DNA of 64,000 bases from a virus. Below are positions 1 to 9,700 of this stretch, one piece after another (positions within the stretch are counted from its first letter, which is position 1; every line of letters starts with the position of its first letter). The stretch covers positions 64,001 through 128,000 of IMG/VR virus record IMGVR_UViG_3300044712_002690; one strand, written 5' to 3'. Both the position numbers and the translations under genes were made by a program. The notes under the pieces were generated by a model. The model was not told where the DNA came from, made no database searches, and was given only the letters and a program-made list of their open reading frames with translations.

Positions 1-87
1 GTATTTGACATAGGAGAGACTTTTTTTGAATACGTTGCGGAAGCAGGTGTTGCTTGGATACAAGGTAATTCTATATCTCCACAACAA

Positions 88-339
88 ATGCAAGACGCAA
101 AAATAGTATATTATTTTCTTGATAGTGTCCGTGCTACTGATCCTACGTTTGAAGGATTTTTCATGGATAGTTTTTATGATATTTGGCCAGGTATTCTTAG
201 TGAAATGGGAACTGAAGATTTAGCTGAACTTGGAGTTAATTCAGATCCTATGGTATATTTTGATATGGGAAGTGACATTCTATTTGAAACAGAAATGGGA
301 CATTCTTTCTTAAGATTTGTATTTGGAATAATTGAATAA
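88..339 (+). CDS. Hypothetical protein
   Basis: ORF in the + strand gene run; no recognisable motif. Confidence 0.6.
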   Translation: MQDAKIVYYFLDSVRATDPTFEGFFMDSFYDIWPGILSEMGTEDLAELGVNSDPMVYFDMGSDILFETEMGHSFLRFVFGIIE

Positions 340-351
340 TAAGGAGTAGTT

Positions 352-1011
352 ATGAGAAATTTACATTTACAACAATTTTATAAAAAAATAGGTATTGACG
401 AACAATCAGCAATTATGCCTTATGATGATTCTAATGAAGTAGAAAAGCAAAAACAATTTGCTGAAAATGTAGTAACATTATTCGATAGTTTTTTAAATTC
501 TGAACAATTTAATGTTATTAAAGCAACTAAATCTCCAATGGAGATATTCGATACAGCAGCAATAATGACTCATGCTGCTATTCATGAAAAATTAGAACAG
601 CAGGGTAAAATTGATAAACATCCTGCTCTTCTTACAATATCAGAATATGCAGAGTATTTTGATAATTTAAGAAATGAAGATCCCGAACGTTTTGATATTG
701 AATTTAAAGAATTTCAAGATAATCCACCTCAAGATTATATTGAAGCTAATGAAATTTTAGTAGCAGAACAACTTGGATTAATGTTTATGGGTGACGAACC
801 CTCTAGAGAAAGAAAAATGTTTAATATGATTCAAGATATTCTTGTACAGAATAGACTACCAGCTATTCAATTAGAATTCAAAGATAATGCAAGGATACCA
901 TATAAGAGACCAAGACCAGGAATGGGAATGCCAGGAATAGGCGGACCTGGAATGCCTCAAGGATTACCTGGTGGAAGACCCGGACTACCTGGACCAAGAG
1001 GAAGAGGATAA
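352..1011 (+). CDS. Hypothetical protein with Pro/Gly-rich C-terminal tail
   Basis: AAGGAG RBS upstream; ends PRPGMGMPGIGGPGMPQGLPGGRPGLPGPRGRG. Confidence 0.75.
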   Translation: MRNLHLQQFYKKIGIDEQSAIMPYDDSNEVEKQKQFAENVVTLFDSFLNSEQFNVIKATKSPMEIFDTAAIMTHAAIHEKLEQQGKIDKHPALLTISEYAEYFDNLRNEDPERFDIEFKEFQDNPPQDYIEANEILVAEQLGLMFMGDEPSRERKMFNMIQDILVQNRLPAIQLEFKDNARIPYKRPRPGMGMPGIGGPGMPQGLPGGRPGLPGPRGRG

Positions 1012-1028
1012 CATTTAGGGTTATTGTT

Positions 1029-2579
1029 GTGAAAGAAAATTATTTTTCATTTTATGAACGTATAGCTGCTATAACTGTTTCTAAATTACATGAAATGTAT
1101 GATGAACAGTTAGGTGAACAAGTAGTTAATGATATTATCTCCTCTGATCCAACATATATTGGAGGAGATAGTATAGGTTCATATACCCCATGGATCTTTA
1201 AACAAATTACAAATAGAATTATTGATCTGGATCAATTAGTAGTTGTTACACAAGCACTTGATCTATTTAATAGGTATAAACCTAATTTAGAAGTCAGAGA
1301 TATTTATCAGTATCAGTCATTAGATGAATTATTAGGTGTGTTAGATTCTTATTTACCAAAACAAGTTCCAATGGAAAAGGGATCTGAAGAAATATTATAT
1401 GACAATGGAACTTGGCTTTTAGTAAGTCCTTTTACATTTGAATCAGAATGTAACTGGGGATCAGGTACGAAATGGTGTACTACAGACCAACATGGAAAAG
1501 AGAGTGGAAGACGAACTTTTGAAAGCATAATGCAAAAATCTTTATTATATATTATCATAAATCAACAAACTGGTGAAAAATATCAATTTGATAATCATAC
1601 CGGTCAGTTTATGAATTCTTTAGATAGAGAAAGCTATGAACAATTTATAAATAGTGATCCTCCAAAAGAATTAATTTCTTTTATTGAAAAAAATACTCCG
1701 AATGTAATACAAAAGTTTATAGAAAATCGAGAAAAAGAAGCAGAGTTTCAAAGAAATTTATCTAATTTTTTCCCTATAAAAGAACAATTAATTAATCATA
1801 TTCAAGAAACAGTTGGAACACTTGATACAAGAGTGTTACTTAAGACTATTGTTTCTAAATTTATAGAAATAGTAGGTAAACCTATACTTGATTATGAACA
1901 AATTCGTGAAATTATAAGAAGCAATGTTGAGTTATATGATCTTTCCAAGTCATACGAACTTATTTCTATAATTAATGATGATAAAGAACTATTGACTGCT
2001 ACTAGTCCTGAAGAAATAGATCTTAATTTTTATGTTCAAGGAAGAATAGATTATTTTATACGTAGACTAACTGATGATGAATTTAACTTTTATGATATTA
2101 CAAATAAAATTGTGAATCTTGCAAAAAATGAAGCAAGAAAAGAAGTAAGAAAAAAAGTAAAGAATCCTCGTCAAGCAGCTGTTACTTCATTAAGACAAAT
2201 TATAGAAAATTATCCTTCTAATAGTTTTACAGCACATGATATCATGGGTGTAATTTTACAGGATGATGAATTAAAAGAAATATTTACTACAGCGTATCAG
2301 CATGCAGATCCTGAAGTTATAAAGACGCAATGGAGTCTTTATCATTTTAATGATTTTTTAGAAAAGCTTATAAATCAAACATTATATAAAGAAGGACTTG
2401 TAACTAGAAAAACAAACCGTAACCCTACTCCTGGTGAAAATTGGTATACTAATGCAGAGGAATTAGGTTATGGTCCTAATGTGGGACATAGTAGTGTGGT
2501 TACTTATACAAAAGTTCCACAAGAGCAAAGACAAAGTAGTTATGTAGGTCTCTATAATAATAGAAACTGGTGGATGTAA
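1029..2579 (+). CDS. Large-phage hypothetical protein with a 'G.GT.WCT...KYQF' domain
   Basis: Motif WLLVSP...ECNWGSGTKWCTT...LYIIIN...KYQFD; a paralogous domain is in the next ORF. Confidence 0.7.
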   Translation: MKENYFSFYERIAAITVSKLHEMYDEQLGEQVVNDIISSDPTYIGGDSIGSYTPWIFKQITNRIIDLDQLVVVTQALDLFNRYKPNLEVRDIYQYQSLDELLGVLDSYLPKQVPMEKGSEEILYDNGTWLLVSPFTFESECNWGSGTKWCTTDQHGKESGRRTFESIMQKSLLYIIINQQTGEKYQFDNHTGQFMNSLDRESYEQFINSDPPKELISFIEKNTPNVIQKFIENREKEAEFQRNLSNFFPIKEQLINHIQETVGTLDTRVLLKTIVSKFIEIVGKPILDYEQIREIIRSNVELYDLSKSYELISIINDDKELLTATSPEEIDLNFYVQGRIDYFIRRLTDDEFNFYDITNKIVNLAKNEARKEVRKKVKNPRQAAVTSLRQIIENYPSNSFTAHDIMGVILQDDELKEIFTTAYQHADPEVIKTQWSLYHFNDFLEKLINQTLYKEGLVTRKTNRNPTPGENWYTNAEELGYGPNVGHSSVVTYTKVPQEQRQSSYVGLYNNRNWWM

Positions 2580-4636
2580 GAATGATAAAACTATCATCTA
2601 TACTTGATTATCAACAACAAGAACTTTGTCCAGAGATATGGAATGGCTTTGTATTAAAACCTGAAATAAAAGAATTCTTATGGTTTTTATTAAAGAGTTT
2701 TTATGATAGTCAAGATCTTAAAGGATATGATGAATGGATTGCCGAGGGAATTATTGCTTCTTCTCTTGCAACTTATTTTTATAATGAAAATACTGATTTT
2801 GATATCAAAGTATTTATAGATTTAGATGTTCTTATTGAATATAATCCGCATCTAACAAAATTTACTGACGATCAGATTCTTGAAATAATGAAAAAGGAAG
2901 GTAGAAAATCATACTATCTTACTCAAGTTATTCCTGGAACTAATCATCAAGTAGATTTTTACTTTTTACCCGCAAGTGATTTACAACATCTTAATATGTT
3001 GAAGTATGATTCTGTATATTTACTTTCAAAAGATGAATGGTTAAAAGAGCCACAAAAATTAGTTGAAGGATTATCTCCTGCTTATATTATGCAAGTAGCA
3101 AGAGAGAAAGCAGAACCCTATCTTAAAAAGATTTCTGAAGACATAGAACAAACTAAAGATGACTGTCTTGATTTCTTAGTGTTAAGAGATTTCTTGAAAG
3201 ACTTAGATCCTCAAGACCTAAATAGTTTAAGAGAAGAATTTGAAAGACAATTAGATATAATCGAATATGATATTGACCAACTTGTAGAAGATAAGAATGA
3301 AATGAAGGAAATCAGAAAGAGAGAATATGATAGAAAATCTCTTAAAACTGAATTAGAAAAGTTAATGGGATCACTGAATTATAGTGATGGAAATCTTATT
3401 TTTAAACTTGTGCAGAGATATGGGTATCTTAAAATACTTGTTGAAATTAAAGAGCTATATGAAGACAAAAATATAGTTTCTAGTGACGTCGAAAATATAC
3501 TTTCTCTTCTTACTGCAACAGCAGTAAACGAAGAAAACAGAAAGTATGCAGATGTAATTAGTGATATTATTAAAAAATATCAACAGTTTTTTACAGATGA
3601 ACAAATGCAATATATACTTAATGTTGTTCCAAGATCTTTTATTCCCTGGGTATTTAGAGAATTGAAAAATTACATATTAGAATTAAGAACGGATGAAACA
3701 GATGATGAACCACCTCCTTTTAACAAAGAAACTGTTCAGTATGCTTTTCAAGATAGAAATCTATTAGCAGATATAGATAATTGGGTTAAATATTTAACAT
3801 TTTTTGTTGATAATAAGCAAAAAATAAAAGAGAAGGGATTGGTTGTAAATATTAATGATTATACTCTTGATGATTTGAAATGGGTTGTGTATAATTTTGA
3901 TCCTTCTATTAAGTATACTAGTTATGTTAATCAAGAAAAACTCAATAATAGCGATGCTGATATAGTATATGATGATCAATATTGGACTATATATGCAATG
4001 TATGATGAAGAAACTGCATGTATTTTAGGTGAAGGTACAGATTTATGTACAACAAGAGGAAAGTTTCATGATTATTATACACAAAACAATCCTATTTACA
4101 TGTTATTAAATAAAACAGATAACCATAGATGGCAATTTGATAAAAAATCAATGATGTTTGTCACAGAAGATGACGAATCTGTAAACTTTAAAACTTTTTT
4201 TGATACATATAATGAACAAATATCAAATGAATTAACACAAAAATTATATGAACTGTCTGGTAAATCTATATTTATGTATGTGAATGATAAAAATAGTATA
4301 GAATATCAATTCGGTTTAGTTGGATTAGACTATAATAAATTTGTTGAGGTACAACAAACTCAGCCCAATCTTACTCCGGGAGAAGCTATTTATAAAATAG
4401 AAGACGCATACTATTCAAGTATAGAGTCTATATTAAATGTATATCATACTTATTTATCAGTTTTAGGAAAGGATTTAGCGGATTCTTATTTACTTGCTAA
4501 ACTAGAGGATTGGCATCATCAAGGTATTCACGAGTTAAAATATCAATTACATTTAATTATTTCAGGGCAAAATAATGGATTAGAAGATATAGAATATTAT
4601 CAAGAATTGCTTAATATATTACATGAGATTAGTTAA
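2570..4636 (+). CDS. Putative pol-beta-fold nucleotidyltransferase fused to a C-terminal 'GT.LCT...WQF' domain
   Basis: N-terminal ASSLATYFYNENTDFDIKVFID resembles the GS-x10-DxD NTase motif; C-terminal ACILGEGTDLCTT...RWQFD. Confidence 0.55.
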   Translation: MDVRMIKLSSILDYQQQELCPEIWNGFVLKPEIKEFLWFLLKSFYDSQDLKGYDEWIAEGIIASSLATYFYNENTDFDIKVFIDLDVLIEYNPHLTKFTDDQILEIMKKEGRKSYYLTQVIPGTNHQVDFYFLPASDLQHLNMLKYDSVYLLSKDEWLKEPQKLVEGLSPAYIMQVAREKAEPYLKKISEDIEQTKDDCLDFLVLRDFLKDLDPQDLNSLREEFERQLDIIEYDIDQLVEDKNEMKEIRKREYDRKSLKTELEKLMGSLNYSDGNLIFKLVQRYGYLKILVEIKELYEDKNIVSSDVENILSLLTATAVNEENRKYADVISDIIKKYQQFFTDEQMQYILNVVPRSFIPWVFRELKNYILELRTDETDDEPPPFNKETVQYAFQDRNLLADIDNWVKYLTFFVDNKQKIKEKGLVVNINDYTLDDLKWVVYNFDPSIKYTSYVNQEKLNNSDADIVYDDQYWTIYAMYDEETACILGEGTDLCTTRGKFHDYYTQNNPIYMLLNKTDNHRWQFDKKSMMFVTEDDESVNFKTFFDTYNEQISNELTQKLYELSGKSIFMYVNDKNSIEYQFGLVGLDYNKFVEVQQTQPNLTPGEAIYKIEDAYYSSIESILNVYHTYLSVLGKDLADSYLLAKLEDWHHQGIHELKYQLHLIISGQNNGLEDIEYYQELLNILHEIS

Positions 4637-4648
4637 ATATACACAATA

Positions 4649-5413
4649 ATGGAAAAATATTCGTATAGTAAAATTTCCTTATATTCTCAATGTCCTTATA
4701 AATATAAGAAACTTTATATAGAAAAATTGCCAAGTAAAATTGCTTGGCAAACTTGTTTAGGTATATCAACTGCTGACATTTTAGAAAAGATGTATAAAGA
4801 TGAGGAAATCCTATCTAATTATGCTTGTGGTCCAACACCTGAATTACTTATTTGCTTAATCGAACAGTATTGGATACCAAATCAGTATAAAAAACAATTT
4901 GCAGAATCAAACTTAGAAACACATAAGTTTCTTTGTTATCCAAGTAAACCAGCGGAATTACGTGAGAAAGAGAACCTTTTAAAATACCTTACTTTTTATT
5001 TTAAATATCGTAAACTTGAGAAAAAGTTTGGTGTTGAATTACCATTTGAAGTTCCTTTCGATGACTTTTTATTAACTGGTAGGATAGATTTACTGAATAA
5101 AGTAGGAAATCACTTAGATATTATAGATAATAAAGTAACAAGTAATTTTCTAAATGATACATTTGAAAGCATTCAATTAGGAATTTATTACTATGCAATT
5201 AAAAAACTATTCCCTAGATTCCAGATTGGGAAAGTAGGTTATTACTACATTAAGCAATCTAGAGAGGTTTTAATTAACAGTGATTTATTAAAAGTTGATA
5301 TTATATATAGAAAGATAAGAGATTCCGTAGAAGGAATTAGAAATAAGAAATTTAATTGTTCTCCAAATCAATATTGTAATTTTTGTGAGTTTAAAAATGA
5401 ATGTGGAGCGTAG
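4649..5413 (+). CDS. PD-(D/E)XK RecB/Cas4-like nuclease
   Basis: GRIDLL...IIDNK...QLGIYY motifs; N-terminal QCPYKY and C-terminal C-x5-CxxC-x5-C Fe-S-type ligands. Confidence 0.8.
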   Translation: MEKYSYSKISLYSQCPYKYKKLYIEKLPSKIAWQTCLGISTADILEKMYKDEEILSNYACGPTPELLICLIEQYWIPNQYKKQFAESNLETHKFLCYPSKPAELREKENLLKYLTFYFKYRKLEKKFGVELPFEVPFDDFLLTGRIDLLNKVGNHLDIIDNKVTSNFLNDTFESIQLGIYYYAIKKLFPRFQIGKVGYYYIKQSREVLINSDLLKVDIIYRKIRDSVEGIRNKKFNCSPNQYCNFCEFKNECGA

Positions 5414-5639
5414 AAAAACGAATATGGCTTTTAGTGATGATTTTAATGTGGTTATGAATTATTCTCAAAAAGAAGATAAGATATCCATTGAAAATGATAG
5501 ACCTTTAACTAAAGGAGATATTGTACTCCTTCTTAGTAACTTACTTTCATTACTTGAAACAAATGAAAGAGAATTTGCTTCTAAGATTGCTTTGGAAGCA
5601 GTAAATGTTAAAAAATCTACAGGTACTCTAAATGGATAA
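5385..5639 (+). CDS. Hypothetical protein
   Basis: Short ORF tightly packed in the operon; likely start at MAFSDD. Confidence 0.55.
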   Translation: MSLKMNVERRKTNMAFSDDFNVVMNYSQKEDKISIENDRPLTKGDIVLLLSNLLSLLETNEREFASKIALEAVNVKKSTGTLNG

Positions 5640-6609
5640 AAAGAAACAAGCTGTTGACATTATTCCTAGTGTCAATAAAGAGATGTTTAAAGATCCTTTT
5701 AAAGAGGAACCAAAAGCAATTCCATCAGAAGAAACAACATATAAAGGATTAGAAGATTTAAGACCTGATGAAATTGAAAAATTACCTCCTCAAATCCAAC
5801 CGTGGGTTGCACCTATTCCTGTTGACTACGATCCTAAAAATGATCATTCTTATAATACTTTCAAATATTTAGAATCTTTAGGATATAGAGATGCAGTTTG
5901 GACTCTAGCAGAAGCTCATAGTAAGCCTGATATTTGTGATGATTTACAAGGATTATCCTTTACAACTGACTGGTTACTTTTTACATCTCAGCATAATCCA
6001 CCCTCTCCAATTTTTAGTAGATCACATCCTGATTGCAGATGTTTTGTAACATGTACTCCTCCTAGTAGTCCTGAAGAAATACCAGACTCTGCTCCTGGTC
6101 TTCCAATGCACGGAACTCCTGAAGAATTACTTGAATACAAGAAAAGAATATTTTCAAATTTTGTTACTATTAATGTAGATTCACAAACATTTCCTCCTGA
6201 TACAACACATTATAGCGATATATTTAAAGTACAAAAAAGGTATGCTGAAGAAGAAGCAATAGAAGTAGAACCTGTAATTGTTAAAAACAAGCTTAGACTA
6301 TTACTTCCTTTTGGTTTATACAGGCCTGTTATCGAACCATATCAAGGAGTAAAGGTAAAAAGAAAAGGTGATATTTGTACTGTTTATTTTTCTTCTTTTA
6401 ATAGAGAAGTAGAAATACCAATGCAGTTTCTGGAAGTGTTAACACTACAACAAGCTTCTAATGCTTCACCAGAAGATGGAATGTTTGTTACATTAGCTAA
6501 TGGTGCATTAGGTCAAATTAGTAGGGTTATGGGTGATACAACATATTGCTATAATTCTACTTCTAATCAAGTAGAAGAAGTAACTAACTTTACTATTCTT
6601 TCTTTATAA
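5632..6609 (+). CDS. Protein with a MuF/phage head-morphogenesis-like HPxCRC motif
   Basis: ICDDLQG...HPDCRC resembles the C..LxG...HPNCRC signature. Confidence 0.5.
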   Translation: MDKKKQAVDIIPSVNKEMFKDPFKEEPKAIPSEETTYKGLEDLRPDEIEKLPPQIQPWVAPIPVDYDPKNDHSYNTFKYLESLGYRDAVWTLAEAHSKPDICDDLQGLSFTTDWLLFTSQHNPPSPIFSRSHPDCRCFVTCTPPSSPEEIPDSAPGLPMHGTPEELLEYKKRIFSNFVTINVDSQTFPPDTTHYSDIFKVQKRYAEEEAIEVEPVIVKNKLRLLLPFGLYRPVIEPYQGVKVKRKGDICTVYFSSFNREVEIPMQFLEVLTLQQASNASPEDGMFVTLANGALGQISRVMGDTTYCYNSTSNQVEEVTNFTILSL

Positions 6610-7170
6610 AAAAGACATTGTTTCAGGAGAGGAGAGCTGGTAATGCCAGGCTCCTCTTTCTTGTAGTACTTTTATCTTAGTTATATAGTCAATTTTTTCT
6701 TGAGTATTATTTGTACTTTTAAGTTTAGAAAGCAATTGACCAAGTTTCTTTCTTCTAATTAAACTACATATAGTTTGGACAAAAGTAGAATCAGGAAGAG
6801 GATCATGGATATAATATCTATTAACTTGGTAACTTCTTCTATCTTTGCTTACTAATCCATGTTGTTCAAGTTTAGCAATTCTTTGTGACTGACAATCTGT
6901 TGTAGTATTAAATACTGTAGCTAGATAATCTAATGATACTTCAATATAACCGGGCCCTTTCTTTTTAGAACTAGCTATATTTTGAAGTGTTTTTAAAGAG
7001 TAATATGTTTCTTTAGCTTCTGCAGACAATGTTTTATAACCGTACAGAAGAAAAACACTTTGATTATTCATGTCATACATTTGGAATTCGTCTAATATCT
7101 TTTGTAGACGTCTTAACGTTCCTTTTTTCTCTATTATAAAGAAAGGTGTAGATGGTTGTTTTTTTCTCAT
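6604..7170 (-). CDS. Hypothetical protein, possible winged-HTH DNA-binding protein
   Basis: Basic protein; SLDYLATVFNTTTDCQSQRIAKLEQHGLV is wHTH-like; divergent from the next operon. Confidence 0.5.
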   Translation of the reverse strand: MRKKQPSTPFFIIEKKGTLRRLQKILDEFQMYDMNNQSVFLLYGYKTLSAEAKETYYSLKTLQNIASSKKKGPGYIEVSLDYLATVFNTTTDCQSQRIAKLEQHGLVSKDRRSYQVNRYYIHDPLPDSTFVQTICSLIRRKKLGQLLSKLKSTNNTQEKIDYITKIKVLQERGAWHYQLSSPETMSFL

Positions 7171-7259
7171 ATTCGTATTGATATAAATAATTAGATTTTT
7201 TCTAGAAAGAAAATGCTACTTGATATTTTATTAAATATATCAAAAGATAGAGGTTATCT

Positions 7260-7436
7260 ATGGGTAGAAGTAAAATTTCTGATGAGAGAAAAGCTAAAAA
7301 TATAAGTATTTCACTATTCCCTAAATACCACAGAATTCTAGATGAGCTTGTAGCTGAATTTTCTTCGGATAAATCTAAAGTAATCCAGCATGCTCTTGAA
7401 GAACTTTATAAACAAAAAATTGGTGAAATAAAATAA
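7260..7436 (+). CDS. Ribbon-helix-helix (CopG-like) regulator, 58 aa, not in ORF track
   Basis: Manual translation MGRSKISDERKAKNISISLFPKYHRILDELVAEFSSDKSKVIQHALEELYKQKIGEIK; GAGG RBS; TAATG coupling to the next gene. Confidence 0.7.
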   Translation: MGRSKISDERKAKNISISLFPKYHRILDELVAEFSSDKSKVIQHALEELYKQKIGEIK

Positions 7437-7990
7437 TGGCAAGAATACCTATTACTGAACAACCAGAACCTTTTACTTCTTTTAAAGAAGAATTTAAAGA
7501 ACCCGAAGATGGAAGTTCTTATGAAGATCTTCAATCCTTTACAATTCAGTTTGATTCAAAGGATGTTAAATTAATTGATCCTCATAATCTTGAGCAACTG
7601 ATAATTGAAATGAATTCAATTCCTTCTACTCTATTTAAGTATAGAATGATTATGGATACACAAGCAAAACTTGTTCAGCAATTAGAAGATGAATATACTA
7701 AATGGTATGCCCAGAAGTGGATGGAAGTGGATAGTCAAACAGAACCTAAGCTTGATAAAGCAGGAAATGTTATTGGACAAGTAAAAATAGTAAGAACAGA
7801 GGGAGCAAAAGAGAAGGTTATTATTACAACATTTACGGATGAATATGATGAATTTCAAAGAAAGATAAGAGAAGAAAAATATCGTTTATCTCTTATCAAG
7901 TCAACTGTTTCTTCAATAGATAGTTATTCTTATAAATTACATTCTATTCTCAATTACAAGCAAATGTTAGAGGCTAAGCATATTTCTTAG
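7436..7990 (+). CDS. Helical coiled-coil protein, possibly UvsY-like recombination mediator
   Basis: Helical composition and position just before the SSB; family call is inference. Confidence 0.4.
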   Translation: MARIPITEQPEPFTSFKEEFKEPEDGSSYEDLQSFTIQFDSKDVKLIDPHNLEQLIIEMNSIPSTLFKYRMIMDTQAKLVQQLEDEYTKWYAQKWMEVDSQTEPKLDKAGNVIGQVKIVRTEGAKEKVIITTFTDEYDEFQRKIREEKYRLSLIKSTVSSIDSYSYKLHSILNYKQMLEAKHIS

Positions 7991-8064
7991 ACTCTCTCAT
8001 TATAAATTTTATGCTTACATCAGCCAGATTACATTAGGCAGAGACAAGCAAAGGAGTTACATTT

Positions 8065-9144
8065 ATGGACAAGATGTCAAGTTACGCATCTCAAATTTCT
8101 GAACCAGGGCAATCTAACAACACTAGTAATTTTGCTCAACAAGTTTCTATTAAGAAGGATGTACCTAATCCTATCCGTCTCGTTGATACTCCTGATGGAG
8201 TAACTCGATACTATGAAGCTTGGATTCTTTGTGATGATGATAAGAAACGTCCTTTTATCCTTGAAAACGAAACTGAAGGTAAAAGTATGCTTCTTCAGAT
8301 TCTTGGTGACCGCGAACATTTTTATCGCGGTGGTATTCTAGAATCCATTAAAGACCCTATTACAAATAGCAGTAAGTATTTGTGGGAAGAAAAAGATCCT
8401 GAACTTCTTCTTCGTATTGCATACAATAATGATGCATCAGGATCTGAAGGTTCTTGGAAACCGCGTGAAGGTTATGCAATGAATGCTATTCAGCGTAACC
8501 CTGACTCAGATAATACAGGCAATGTTTTCTTCTGGTGTAAAGAAAATAAACATACCAAATTGATGAAAATGGGTCCTACAGCATTTAAACGTCTCCAAGA
8601 TGTTCGTTTGAATGATGGAGAGCTTTCTGAGTATGATATCAACTATCTTAAGAAAGGTGTTGGTATTAATACACAACATAACATTCTGAAAGCAGGACAG
8701 AACATTCCTAATGTAGTTATTGGACCTCTTACAGAAGAAGAACAAGCATATGAACGTTATGATCTTGCAAAAGAAACTAAACTTCTTACTCCTGCTAATA
8801 CGCTAAGATATCTTAGAAATTCTATTGAGCGTATTGATGCAATTACAGGCAATAACTGGATTCAGAAACTTGAAGAAGCTTCTGGTGAAGCTGGTGAGCC
8901 TGCAACTCAAGCAGCACCTCAAGCAACATCTGCTCCTACTCGTGTTGCTACTAGAACTCCTGCTCCTTCTGGGTTAACTGAAGAGTGTGGACATTGCCAT
9001 AAACAGATTCCTGTAGGATCTGAAGTATGTCCAGAATGTAAGAATACTCTTCTTGAAGCTTGTGTTGCACCTAATTGTGGATTCAAGTTTAGTGTTTTTG
9101 CCGATAAGTGTCCAAGTTGCGGAATGGAGTATAAGACTTCTTAA
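8065..9144 (+). CDS. Putative ssDNA-binding protein with C-terminal double zinc ribbon
   Basis: gp32-like core in the replication block, Ala/Pro/Thr linker, four CxxC-type pairs at the C-terminus. Confidence 0.55.
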   Translation: MDKMSSYASQISEPGQSNNTSNFAQQVSIKKDVPNPIRLVDTPDGVTRYYEAWILCDDDKKRPFILENETEGKSMLLQILGDREHFYRGGILESIKDPITNSSKYLWEEKDPELLLRIAYNNDASGSEGSWKPREGYAMNAIQRNPDSDNTGNVFFWCKENKHTKLMKMGPTAFKRLQDVRLNDGELSEYDINYLKKGVGINTQHNILKAGQNIPNVVIGPLTEEEQAYERYDLAKETKLLTPANTLRYLRNSIERIDAITGNNWIQKLEEASGEAGEPATQAAPQATSAPTRVATRTPAPSGLTEECGHCHKQIPVGSEVCPECKNTLLEACVAPNCGFKFSVFADKCPSCGMEYKTS

Positions 9145-9696
9145 GTGAATTTCCTCGGTTTAGATTTAAGTTTAAATAGCTCAGGGGTCGTCGTTCTCGA
9201 CGACTCCTGTGTTATTCTCTTCAAAGAAACAATGTGTCCTCCTAATGGTTGCAAGAATGTTGAAAGACTTTTCTTTCTTACTAATCTTTTTATAGAATTT
9301 CTATCAAAGTATGATATTACTTATTGTTGTATTGAGAGCCCAGCATATGGTAGTGAAGCAGGTCATTTATTTGAATTAGGAGAATGGGCTGGTATAGTTA
9401 AATTAGAGTTATTTAAAAAGGGAATACCCTTTATGTTAGTAGCCCCAAATCAGCTTAAGAAATACGTTTCAGGTTCAGGGCAAAGTAAAAAGCAAACTAT
9501 TATTTTAGATGTATATAAGAATTTTGGAGAAGAAATAAGGCAAGATGATATTGCTGATGCTTATGTCTTAGCTAGAATTTCTAGAGATTATTTCGTCTCT
9601 TATGAAAAAGATGTAGTTATTCAATTTCAAGAATATCAAAAAGAAGTATTGAAAGCGCTAAGAAAAAAGTACGAAGAACAAACAGAGTTACTATAA
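9145..9696 (+). CDS. ruvC: RuvC-like Holliday junction resolvase
   Basis: FLGLDLSLNSSG, CIESP, LKKYVSGSG.SKK, DDIADAY motifs. Confidence 0.85.
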   Translation: MNFLGLDLSLNSSGVVVLDDSCVILFKETMCPPNGCKNVERLFFLTNLFIEFLSKYDITYCCIESPAYGSEAGHLFELGEWAGIVKLELFKKGIPFMLVAPNQLKKYVSGSGQSKKQTIILDVYKNFGEEIRQDDIADAYVLARISRDYFVSYEKDVVIQFQEYQKEVLKALRKKYEEQTELL

Positions 9697-9700
9697 GCCT

